The notes below the pieces were generated by a model. It ran no database searches. It was not told the DNA's origin and was given only the letters and a program-made list of their open reading frames with translations. Below are positions 56,167 to 64,000 of a DNA stretch of 64,000 nucleotides, piece after piece. A program made the translations under genes and the position numbers. Each line of letters starts with the position of its first letter. The first letter of the stretch is position 1. Origin of the DNA: Syntrophomonadaceae bacterium (GTDB lineage Bacteria > Bacillota > Dethiobacteria > DTU022 > UBA8154); assembly GCA_003556225.1 (NCBI GenBank), contig PWRN01000027.1, positions 10,019 to 74,018 of the forward strand. The letters run 5' to 3'.

Positions 56167-56447
56167 CGATGCTTCAAAACCCGCTGAGGCCCCGTCCGGT
56201 TTCGTTTTCCCGGCGCCGGGGGACGAAATTCCGAGATACTCCCCCCCGGTGCCAGGGCTATCTTGCAAAAAACCCCCGGCGCGATTCGTTTTTCTCTTCA
56301 CCGACAACCCTCCCCCGCGCTCGCGTTTCAATGTCAGAATTCTGGCACAGTGTCGCTGTTCTCGTTCTCCCCGACCGGCACAAGGCACGGTACATAAAAA
56401 AAGCAGGATCCTTAATCCTGGGATCACACGGTTACAAAAATGCCTTC

Positions 56448-57341
56448 CTATTTCACGGCAGCCAGGAGGGCTTTTTCCATCTCAAGTGCGGGGGCCTTTT
56501 CCCCGGTAAATATTTCGAAGGCCTGGAGACCCTGCCCGAGAAGCATATCCAGCCCGTTAATCCCCGCTGCACCCTGGTTCCTGGCCCAATCCAGGAAAGG
56601 AGTGATTTGGGGTTCATATCGCAGGTCAATAACGGTGCAGTGAGGTGCAAGTTGCGCCCCGGAGAACCGGTCCCACGCAAAGGGTTCGCTGCTCAGGGCA
56701 TGGACGATCATCGTAGAACGCTTCATGGCAGCGCAGAGCGCGTTCTTCTCCAGGGAAACAACGTGCACGTGTTTTCTGGAAAGTCGCTGTTCCCGGATTA
56801 AAAGCTCCGCCAGCTCCCGGGCTTTCCGCTCGGTGCGATTGGCGATGGTCAGTTCCTGCAGGGGGAAATGCGAAAGGGAAAATGCCACGGCTTTAGCCGC
56901 TCCTCCCGCTCCCAGCAAGCAAACCGTTTCCGCTTCCTTCCTGCGCTGCACGTTTTTCTCTAATAAAAAAGAAAAACCGAACACATCCGTGTTGTAACCT
57001 TTTAGTGTGCCGTTTTCGTTGCGCACCGTGTTCACAGCCCCGAGAAAAAGAGCTTCTGCTGAATGTTCATCCAGAAGGGGGAAAATGTTCTCTTTATGGG
57101 GTGCCGTCACGTTGATTCCGGAAATGTTCAGCGCAGGTAGCGCCCGCACGGCATCCTGCAGCTTTTCCGGGCTGACTCTAAAGGGCAGGTAGCAGTGATT
57201 TAACCCCCGCGCAATGAACCCGGCATTTTGCAGCACTGGAGAGAGCGAGTGCTCCACCGGGTCCCCGAAAAGGCCAAAAACCCTGGTTTTCCCATCTATC
57301 GTCAATCTTTCCTGCAGCTCCTTTATTGCCTTCCCGGGCAT
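56448..57341 (-). CDS. aroE: shikimate dehydrogenase
   Basis: SPVLQNAGF N-terminal motif and GAGGAAKAVAF NADP Rossmann motif, 297 aa. Confidence 0.85.
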   Translation of the reverse strand: MPGKAIKELQERLTIDGKTRVFGLFGDPVEHSLSPVLQNAGFIARGLNHCYLPFRVSPEKLQDAVRALPALNISGINVTAPHKENIFPLLDEHSAEALFLGAVNTVRNENGTLKGYNTDVFGFSFLLEKNVQRRKEAETVCLLGAGGAAKAVAFSLSHFPLQELTIANRTERKARELAELLIREQRLSRKHVHVVSLEKNALCAAMKRSTMIVHALSSEPFAWDRFSGAQLAPHCTVIDLRYEPQITPFLDWARNQGAAGINGLDMLLGQGLQAFEIFTGEKAPALEMEKALLAAVK

Positions 57342-57847
57342 TTGTCGATATAACCCTTTTTGCGCAGGCCAAACAAGACCGCTTTTTCAAACTGCCGCAT
57401 GAATTTCGTTCCGATGAATTCTCTTTTATTTAACGGTGCAACCAAAATGGTATGCAGGCCCAGTCGGTTGCCTCCTAACACATCGGTAAAAACCTGGTCG
57501 CCCACCACCACGGCTTCAGTGGGATCCAGGGCCATGATCTCCAGTGCCTTGCGAAAGGCCCCTCGTCTTGGCTTTACGGCCTGCCAGACCGCCGGAACAT
57601 CAAATTGCTCCGAAAGCCCTTCCCCTCGTCTCAGGTTGTTGTTGGAGACAATGCAGACTTTGAAGCCGGCTTCCTTGGCCTGTTCGATCCAGGCCAGGAC
57701 TTCCGGTGCAATAGCATTGTCATTCCAGGGAACAAGGGTATTATCCAGGTCTGTAATAATACCTCGAATCCCTGCCGCACGAAGCCGCTGTAAATCAATT
57801 TCATGGATATCTTGCACGATTTCCTTGGGACACAAAAAGAACCACAT
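57323..57847 (-). CDS. yqeG: YqeG-family HAD-IIIA phosphatase
   Basis: ITDLDNTLV (DxDxT) and VSNN...GDQVFTDVLGGN motifs. Directly upstream of aroE as for Bacillus yqeG. Confidence 0.7.
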   Translation of the reverse strand: MWFFLCPKEIVQDIHEIDLQRLRAAGIRGIITDLDNTLVPWNDNAIAPEVLAWIEQAKEAGFKVCIVSNNNLRRGEGLSEQFDVPAVWQAVKPRRGAFRKALEIMALDPTEAVVVGDQVFTDVLGGNRLGLHTILVAPLNKREFIGTKFMRQFEKAVLFGLRKKGYIDKCPGRQ

Positions 57848-57925
57848 CTTAAATCTCCTCCATCCAGAAGCGAACATCCCCCGTTGCTTTTATTATAACA
57901 CAGTGGGCAAACCGCGCGTCACCGC

Positions 57926-59281
57926 TCAGAACGATACCGCCCGGTATTTCTGGATAAAATAATCCATCAGTTCATATCCTTTTTCGAAAAACAGCCCTCC
58001 TGCTGCAAAGGGCTCGCTAAATTCGCCCCCGGGGTTAGAAAGATCTGCTCCCTTGTGGCAAATCACAAAGGGGACGGCCTCCCGGGTATGGGTGCGCAGG
58101 GATAAAGGGGTGGGGTGATCCGATAAGACCATCACCTTGAAATCAGGGAAATCCTGCAGGCCGGCAATGATTTCTTTGACCACCTTTTCATCGATCTCCT
58201 CGATGGCGCGAATCTTGGTTTCCAGCTCCCCGCGATGACCGGCTTCGTCCGGTGCTTCCACGTGCACGTAGACAAAATCTTTGCCCCCGTGCAGCACATC
58301 CAGGGCGCGGCGCGCTTTCCCGGAAAAATCTGTTGTAATGTTTCCCGTGGCGCCGGGTACGGTTTCCGCCGTTAGCCCGGCACAAATCCCCAGGCCTTTG
58401 ATCAAATCAACCGCAGAGATAACCGACCCGTTCAACCCGTATTTATCCATGAATTTATCCAGGTAAGGGCGTTTGCCCTGCCCCCAGAGCCAGATGGAAT
58501 TTGCGGGTTTTAATCCTTTTTCCAGCCGCGCCCGGTTCACGGGGTGTCCGGGCAAGATGGCGCTGCTGCGGATCATCAAGTCCAGGATCACCCGGCCGGA
58601 TCTGCCCGAAGGCAGGTATGCGCCGATCTCCTGGTTGAATATATCGTGCGGTGGAGTTAAGTCGCAGTTTAACTCTTCCAGGGAATTGCGCCAGATCATG
58701 GCATGCCGATAACTAATCCCGGGGTAAAAACCATGAGCTGCACTCCCCAATTGGTTGGAAATCTCCTGGATAAGCTGAACCGCTTCCGGGGTGCTAATTT
58801 CATCTGCACTGTAATCAAGCATTTTTTTCTTGGCAAAGGGCGTATCATCGGAAAGGGTCACGAGGTTGCAGCGAAAAGCGACATCAGTTCCGTCCAATTG
58901 GATGCCCATGGCAACGGCTTCAATAGGCGAGCGTCCCGTATAATAACGCAGCGGGTCATAGCCAAACACGGAAAGATTGGCTACATCACTTCCCGCCGGC
59001 ATCTGGTCCGGCACGGTCACAACCATCCCGGTTTCTCCCCGCTGCACCAGGCTGTCCATCTGCGGCGTTTGCGCATACTGCAGCGGTGTTTTACCTCCCA
59101 GTTCAGGCAGCGGATAATCAGGCATACCATCGCCCAGGATAACCACGTATTTGATCAAGGCCAGACGCTCCTTTCTGATCTGTCTTTTTATCATATTTCT
59201 GGCATTACCACGCACTTTTTGGTATAATAACCACGGAATAAATACCAGCCCTGCAAGGATAACGGAGAGATAAACGGCCAT
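57926..59281 (-). CDS. cofactor-independent phosphoglycerate mutase family protein (archaeal ApgM-type metalloenzyme)
   Basis: ILGDGMPD N-terminal motif and VLSDHPTP...HT C-terminal motif of the ApgM/PhosphMutase family. The true start is probably an internal Met. Confidence 0.55.
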   Translation of the reverse strand: MAVYLSVILAGLVFIPWLLYQKVRGNARNMIKRQIRKERLALIKYVVILGDGMPDYPLPELGGKTPLQYAQTPQMDSLVQRGETGMVVTVPDQMPAGSDVANLSVFGYDPLRYYTGRSPIEAVAMGIQLDGTDVAFRCNLVTLSDDTPFAKKKMLDYSADEISTPEAVQLIQEISNQLGSAAHGFYPGISYRHAMIWRNSLEELNCDLTPPHDIFNQEIGAYLPSGRSGRVILDLMIRSSAILPGHPVNRARLEKGLKPANSIWLWGQGKRPYLDKFMDKYGLNGSVISAVDLIKGLGICAGLTAETVPGATGNITTDFSGKARRALDVLHGGKDFVYVHVEAPDEAGHRGELETKIRAIEEIDEKVVKEIIAGLQDFPDFKVMVLSDHPTPLSLRTHTREAVPFVICHKGADLSNPGGEFSEPFAAGGLFFEKGYELMDYFIQKYRAVSF

Positions 59282-59792
59282 GAAAGCTTTGATTGTCTAT
59301 TATTCCCACACGGGCAACACCGAAGAAGTGTCCAGCGTCCTGGAGAAATGTCTCTGTGCAAAAGAAGTGGATTGCCACCGCATAAGAATTGTCCTGCAGT
59401 CCGAAAAAAACAAGCATTTATTTCGAAAAATCATTGATGCGCTATCCAGGAAGGTTGCCTCCATTAAAAAATGCCCCTTTGATCCCGGCGAGTATGATTT
59501 TATCTTTCTCGGCACGCCGGTTTGGGCAGCTCAACCGACGCCTTCCGTCAACGCCTTTTTAAAAGATATGCCTGAGCTGCATGGTCAGAAAGTTTGTCCC
59601 TTTGTGACCATGGGAAGCATGGGAGACAAGTTAACTATCGCCACCCTCAGGAAAAAAATTGAAGCCAAGGGGGGCTGCTTCCACGCTGCGCTAAGCTTGA
59701 AAATGGATCAAGGCTTCAGGGATGAACACGTCAATTCCATCGAGCATTTTATTGAGACAAAAGTCATGGCAAATGAGTCGATGCTGCACTGA
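59280..59792 (+). CDS. flavodoxin family protein
   Basis: ALIVYYSHTGNTEE FMN-phosphate-binding loop, 170 aa. One of the few plus-strand genes. Confidence 0.7.
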   Translation: MKALIVYYSHTGNTEEVSSVLEKCLCAKEVDCHRIRIVLQSEKNKHLFRKIIDALSRKVASIKKCPFDPGEYDFIFLGTPVWAAQPTPSVNAFLKDMPELHGQKVCPFVTMGSMGDKLTIATLRKKIEAKGGCFHAALSLKMDQGFRDEHVNSIEHFIETKVMANESMLH

Positions 59793-59850
59793 TGCTCGTT
59801 GGTGCGAGAACCCGCCTGAAATTACCGGCCGGGATTTTTTTGGCACCCGG

Positions 59851-59890
59851 GCCCAGGGGTTAATTCCGATTCCCCTGGGCTTTTCTTTTA
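59851..59890 (+). terminator. intrinsic terminator: stem GCCCAGGGG / CCCCTGGGC (9 bp), 12-nt loop, followed by TTTTCTTTT
   Basis: Lies 59 nt downstream of the flavodoxin stop. It overlaps the last codons of the convergent mltG gene. Confidence 0.5.
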
Positions 59891-60969
59891 TACTCATTGT
59901 GTTCTTCCAGGGTCCGGCTAAAATAATTGGTGCCGCTTCCATCTTCCTTGTAAACGAAATAGAGATAATCTACCTCGGCAGGGAACAAGGTGGCTTCAAT
60001 GGCGTGATAACCAGGTGAGGCAATGGGCCCAGGCGGAAGGCCGGGATGCCGGTACGTGTTATAAGGGGAATCCACTTCGAGATCCTGGTAGGTTAAGAAG
60101 GGCTTAACCTCGCCCAGGGCATACTGCACGGTTGCGCACGACTGCAGGAAAGGCATGCGTTCGCTTGCCAGGCGGTTGTGAAAAACCGCGGCAATGAGGG
60201 GCCGCTCTTCATCCACCCGGGCTTCTTTCTCGACGATGGAAGCCAGGCTAAGGACCTGGTGTAAAGAGAGTTCCATCTCATCCAACCTCTCGAAAAAACT
60301 ACCTTGCAGGGCCTTTTCCAGGCGCGACAGCATGATCACGATGATTTCCTCCGCTGTTGTTTCTTCGAAAACCTCGTAGGTATCCGGGAAGAGGTATCCT
60401 TCCAGCCTGTAAGCGGTCTCCCCGGGAATATGCTCGAGAAAGGGAAACCTTTCTGTATCATCATATTGTACGCATGCTTCCAGGAACGCCTCTGCGGTAA
60501 CGATGCCTTCGACATCGAGCCTGCGGGCGATTTGTTCCACGGCATATCCTTCCGGCACAGTGAAACGAATCCCCTCCTGCAGGATCACGCCCTCCTGGAG
60601 CGTGGTAATAATGTCCTCAAAAGACGTTCCCGGGGCCATCTGGTAGCTGCCCGCCTGAAATCCCGGTTCAGGGCTGAAATAGCGGACATAGAGAAGAAAA
60701 ACAAAGGCGCTGGGAATGATCTCCTCTTCCTCTAAAATTGCGGCAATTTGCCTCGTTGAAGAATTGTACGGGATGACGATTTCCTGCAGTGCTTCGCTAC
60801 CTGGATCCCTTTTCAGGTTCATCATGGCCTGGATTTGCCATGCTGCCCAACCGACCAGGGAAAGGATCACCACAAGGGCAACGGTTAATATGACCAGTAC
60901 CGGGCGCTTCTTAAGCCTGGATACCACTTGCTTCACTCCCCGGGCGGTGATTGAAACCGGGACATACAC
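59860..60969 (-). CDS. mltG: endolytic murein transglycosylase MltG (YceG-like)
   Basis: N-terminal TM anchor, YceG domain with catalytic-region motifs (TIPEG-like FTVPEGY, CATVQYALG). 369 aa. Confidence 0.85.
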   Translation of the reverse strand: MYVPVSITARGVKQVVSRLKKRPVLVILTVALVVILSLVGWAAWQIQAMMNLKRDPGSEALQEIVIPYNSSTRQIAAILEEEEIIPSAFVFLLYVRYFSPEPGFQAGSYQMAPGTSFEDIITTLQEGVILQEGIRFTVPEGYAVEQIARRLDVEGIVTAEAFLEACVQYDDTERFPFLEHIPGETAYRLEGYLFPDTYEVFEETTAEEIIVIMLSRLEKALQGSFFERLDEMELSLHQVLSLASIVEKEARVDEERPLIAAVFHNRLASERMPFLQSCATVQYALGEVKPFLTYQDLEVDSPYNTYRHPGLPPGPIASPGYHAIEATLFPAEVDYLYFVYKEDGSGTNYFSRTLEEHNEYKRKAQGNRN

Positions 60970-60974
60970 GATAT

Positions 60975-61322
60975 TTATTCCTCGTTGTTATCTGTAGAGA
61001 GTAAACGTTCGTACGCAATACCTGCCACCTTCTCCCATTCTTCTTCATCTTCGATCACGTGCAGCAGGGTTTCACCGTTGTCCCCTTCGACAACACGAAA
61101 TATTACGGCTTCCTCTGCATCATGATCTTCCCGCTCACCAGCTTCTTCTTCAGTGTCTTCCTGTTCTCCCTGGGGAGCATTATTCTCCAGGGGAAACAGG
61201 ATCGCGTAATTTAAATCATCTACTTGAAAGTAGTCCAGGACAACAAAATCGAACTGCTCTCCTTCTTCATCCACCAGGGTAATGATTTCTTCCTTTTCAG
61301 TCAAGTAACTCAGTCCTTTCAT
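60975..61322 (-). CDS. DUF1292 family protein (YrzB-like)
   Basis: Acidic 115-aa protein with the ITLVDEEGEQFDFVVLDYF motif typical of DUF1292. Lies between ruvX and mltG as in Bacillus. Confidence 0.7.
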   Translation of the reverse strand: MKGLSYLTEKEEIITLVDEEGEQFDFVVLDYFQVDDLNYAILFPLENNAPQGEQEDTEEEAGEREDHDAEEAVIFRVVEGDNGETLLHVIEDEEEWEKVAGIAYERLLSTDNNEE

Positions 61323-61747
61323 GATTTGTCGTTGCGGCTGCGCTGGTACTGCAGGTAATTATCTAAAATTAACGAGGCCGCCAGCATGTCCACCACCTTT
61401 TTACGGCCTGCACGACGGACATTCCCTTCCAACAGAGCTCGTTGCGCTGCCCGGGTTGTCAGGCGCTCATCCCAGGTTTCCAGCGGTATGGACAGGTTCT
61501 TTTCCAGGTATAATTTAAAGTCCAGCAGTTCTTTTGCTTTCTGCCCCAGGGTACCATTCATATTTACCGGAAACCCGAGAACGATTTTTTGTGCCTCATA
61601 CCTCTCCACCAGCTCTTTGATACGCTTGAGATCGCGGGATAAATTAACACGGAGGATAACTTCGACTCCCTGTGCGGTGATGCCCAGCTCATCACTGACC
61701 GCAACCCCGATTCTCTTTTCCCCTACATCAAAGCACAGGATCCTCAT
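61319..61747 (-). CDS. ruvX: Holliday junction resolvase-like protein RuvX/YqgF
   Basis: MRILCFDVGEKRIGVAVSD RNase H-like N-terminus, 142 aa. Confidence 0.85.
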   Translation of the reverse strand: MRILCFDVGEKRIGVAVSDELGITAQGVEVILRVNLSRDLKRIKELVERYEAQKIVLGFPVNMNGTLGQKAKELLDFKLYLEKNLSIPLETWDERLTTRAAQRALLEGNVRRAGRKKVVDMLAASLILDNYLQYQRSRNDKS

Positions 61748-61861
61748 CGCTGCCCGTCAGCCCCGTTTCCTCGCGAAAATAAAACTACATGGCTCGTAAG
61801 CCTTTTCAGGTTGCGCTGCCGCTTCCCTGCTTATGCTCAGCCAATATCGGATTCACCTGAG

Positions 61862-62827
61862 TTAGAATATTTTTATACAAAACTCCGGACAGGAAACCCC
61901 ACAATATCCGCAAAAAATACAGAGGGAAGGATCTACCTGTACGCGCTGTACATCCTGCTTAAGATGAAGAGCGTCTTGTGGGCAGCGTTCCACGCAACTA
62001 CCGCATCCGCTGCACCAACCTTCGATCACGATGGTGCGTTTCTTTTGGGCCAGGGTATCTAGCAGCGAGGGTGAGAGGGTCCTTCCCTGGGCCAGGTCAA
62101 GGTTTGCATCAAGTTCATCCCGGGAAGACATGCCGATGGCCATGGAGTGAACAAAGTCCAGCTGCTGCACAAAATCGACCGCTCTAACAGCATCCCGGAT
62201 CAGGTGTCCCCCACCCAGCACTTTCATGGCGTAAACACCCATTCCCGCTTGTTCGGCCCGGGCCACCGCGTCTAACATTCCTTCCAGGGAACCGTCCTTG
62301 ATGCCGAGGCCCCGGAAATTGATTAAGGGATGAATTAGATCAATATCCTGAAAATCAATAGCCGCCTCGATCGCGGCTATCGTATGAGAAGAGATCCCAA
62401 CCGCTTGAATGAACCCTTTTTCCCGGGCATTGAGCAAGAAATCCAGGGCAGCCGCATGTCCCTTGAGGGTCAGGGCCGACTCCTGTTCGTGCAGGAGAAA
62501 AATGGGTATCACATCCAGGTCCAGCCCTCTACGAGCCTTTTCCAGGGAGATGCGTGCTCTCTCTTTTGAGTCAGCATAAGTCTTGGTGGCAATCACCGGG
62601 ATCGCTTGAAGGTTTTTAATAGCCAGCTGGAGTTGAAGATAATTTACATACAACTCTGCTGTATCCCAAAAATTAATTCCCCGGTGAAAAGCCTCGACAA
62701 GGAGTTCCGCCCCTTCTTCCGGAGTGAGGTTTGCCTGCAGCGGGCTCATGGGCAACGTGCCAAAGCAAAGCCTGGAAACTTGTAAGCCAGAAGCTCCCAG
62801 TTGGACGGAGAAGCCACGCTCGATCAT
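61862..62827 (-). CDS. aldo/keto reductase fused to a C-terminal 2x[4Fe-4S] ferredoxin domain
   Basis: AKR N-terminus (LCFGT...WDTAELY) plus C-terminal CSGCGSCVERCP and CIFCGYCGVSCP motifs. 321 aa. Confidence 0.7.
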   Translation of the reverse strand: MIERGFSVQLGASGLQVSRLCFGTLPMSPLQANLTPEEGAELLVEAFHRGINFWDTAELYVNYLQLQLAIKNLQAIPVIATKTYADSKERARISLEKARRGLDLDVIPIFLLHEQESALTLKGHAAALDFLLNAREKGFIQAVGISSHTIAAIEAAIDFQDIDLIHPLINFRGLGIKDGSLEGMLDAVARAEQAGMGVYAMKVLGGGHLIRDAVRAVDFVQQLDFVHSMAIGMSSRDELDANLDLAQGRTLSPSLLDTLAQKKRTIVIEGWCSGCGSCVERCPQDALHLKQDVQRVQVDPSLCIFCGYCGVSCPEFCIKIF

Positions 62828-62835
62828 CGCAATCC

Positions 62836-63078
62836 CTACTCGAGTTCTTTTTTCAGGTAAACCCGGACGATTTCTTCGAGCAGTTCGTCTCTTTCCAGTT
62901 TCCTGACGTTGCTGCGGGCATTTTTGTGGCTGGTGATGTAGGTTGGATCCCCGGACAGCAGGTAACCAACCAGTTGATTGATGGGATTGTACCCTTTCTC
63001 TTTTAACGCCTCGTAAACCTCGCTGAGCACATTGCGGGCTTCATTGGTTTCTTCCTCGGCCTTGACATCGAATTTCAT
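62836..63078 (-). CDS. ireB: IreB-family regulatory phosphoprotein (UPF0297, YrzL-like)
   Basis: About 80 aa (MKFDV...[39 protein letters not shown]). Conserved alaS-yrzL-ruvX synteny. Confidence 0.7.
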   Translation of the reverse strand: MKFDVKAEEETNEARNVLSEVYEALKEKGYNPINQLVGYLLSGDPTYITSHKNARSNVRKLERDELLEEIVRVYLKKELE

Positions 63079-63172
63079 GGTATGATGTAAGTTATTATTA
63101 TTTTGCATGGGAATCCCCTCCAATTATAAGCGCCGCTTGCTCGCTTGCGATCCCACGATTCGATAAAAACCT

Positions 63173-64000
63173 TTAAACCTGGTCCTGCTGTTTTTTTACT
63201 TGGTCCAATACGCTGGAGAGAGCTGCAGGCAGCTTCGCCGCATCTTTGCCTCCGGCCTGGGCCAGGTCCGGTCGCCCACCACCACCGCCGCCGACGATTT
63301 TTGCCGTTTCGCGGATCAACTCACCCGCATGGTAACCTTTTGCAACCAGGTCCCTGGTTACGGCGGCAGCAAGCATCACCTTGTTGTTATTAACCGCACC
63401 CAGCAAAACAACTCCACTACCAATTTTGTCACGTGCGCGATCCAGGTATTCCCGCAATTCATCCATACTTTCAGCTTCAACCTGGGCGCTCAATACCGGA
63501 ATCCCCAGGGAACGATCCGTTTGCTCCACCAGCGCCGATATTTTATCTTGCAGCAGCTGGCTTTGTATTTTTTTTAGCTTCTGCTGCAGCTTCTTCTGGT
63601 TGTCAAAGACCTCCTGGAGCCGGGTCTGAATACTCTCGGGATCGCATTTCAGCAGGGACGATACATCATCGACGATGGATTCTTTTCGGTTGAGATATTC
63701 AAACGCACCAATCCCGCTCAACGCCTCGATCCGGCGCATTCCCGCCCCGACACTGCTTTCAGAAATAATTTTCACGATCCCGATTTCTCCGGTAGCGGAA
63801 ACATGCGTGCCACCGCAGAGTTCCATGGAATAGTCATTTACCTGCACGATACGCACCTGGTCTCCGTATTTTTCATCAAATAGCGCCGTAGCCCCCCTTT
63901 CCAGGGCCTCCCCCATGGTGCTGTAAAAGGTGGCAACAGCTCGATTCTCCATGACCACTTCGTTAACCGTTTTGGCGATGACATCAAGCTCTGCCGGTGT
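63173..64000 (-). CDS. alaS: alanine--tRNA ligase, C-terminal part (editing domain end plus DHHA1-like C-terminal domain); 5' part lies beyond the window end
   Basis: HVSATGEIG editing-domain zinc motif region, C-terminal GGGGGRPDLAQAGG motif. The ORF is open to the window edge. Confidence 0.9.
   Translation of the reverse strand, partial: TPAELDVIAKTVNEVVMENRAVATFYSTMGEALERGATALFDEKYGDQVRIVQVNDYSMELCGGTHVSATGEIGIVKIISESSVGAGMRRIEALSGIGAFEYLNRKESIVDDVSSLLKCDPESIQTRLQEVFDNQKKLQQKLKKIQSQLLQDKISALVEQTDRSLGIPVLSAQVEAESMDELREYLDRARDKIGSGVVLLGAVNNNKVMLAAAVTRDLVAKGYHAGELIRETAKIVGGGGGGRPDLAQAGGKDAAKLPAALSSVLDQVKKQQDQV

Noticed and set aside
55009-56427. Full 472-aa pilB ORF as given by the ORF track
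   Set aside because: The first roughly 87 codons are Arg/Gly/Pro-rich low complexity with no homology to GspE N-domains. A pair of GTG codons at 56166/56163 gives a standard-length secretion ATPase core. The long form is therefore not adopted, although the true start is uncertain.
1-64000. CRISPR arrays, rRNA, tRNA, transposases or prophage genes
   Set aside because: No regularly spaced direct repeats were seen. No tRNA cloverleaf candidates were seen in the intergenic gaps. No transposase or integrase was seen other than the chromosomal xerD.

Overview
The window is a 64-kb chromosomal segment from a low-GC-type Gram-positive (Firmicutes/Clostridia-like) anaerobe with roughly 55% GC. Nearly all genes are on the minus strand and packed into long housekeeping operons whose order closely follows the Bacillus yqh/yqi/ypu/ypf/yrr regions: alaS-ireB-ruvX-DUF1292-mltG, yqeG-aroE, aroK-aroQ-pepP-efp, asp23-amaP-nusB, folD-xseA-xseB-ispA-dxs-tlyA-nadK-recN, xerD-deoB-pdp, trpS-scpA-scpB-rluB, cmk-plsC-(ispH/rpsA)-der-plsY-gpsA. 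Three things stand out against that backbone. (1) A 640-nt ORF-free interval between ispA and a DUF21 membrane-protein gene, directly upstream of dxs, is the hallmark locus of OLE RNA and its partner gene oapA, as found in anaerobic extremophile Firmicutes. (2) Between nusB and xseA, the single folD of Bacillus is replaced by three tandem folD paralogues of increasing divergence. They are preceded in the same operon by a NuoE-like gene, a NuoF-like gene, and a 1241-aa fusion: 2Fe-2S ferredoxin, GltD/NfnB-like NADPH-FAD oxidoreductase, 2x[4Fe-4S], and a formate-dehydrogenase/NuoG-like molybdopterin-fold domain that lacks the catalytic Cys/Sec. This is a candidate NADH/NADPH/ferredoxin (Nfn-, Stn- or Sfr-like, possibly electron-bifurcating) module coupled to C1-folate metabolism. 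(3) A type IV pilus/pseudopilin cluster (pilB, pilC, four minor pilins) sits between aroE and aroK. Other notable details are an IspH-S1 fusion gene carrying a perfect 2x69-bp acidic tandem repeat, an apparent frameshift at the 5' end of nadK, a repeat-rich 410-bp noncoding region with an intrinsic terminator between pdp and a pcnB-like gene, and a 5'-truncated gene for a large dehydratase-activase-like fusion protein next to a CCG-domain Fe-S protein. No CRISPR arrays, rRNA, tRNA or obvious mobile elements were seen.
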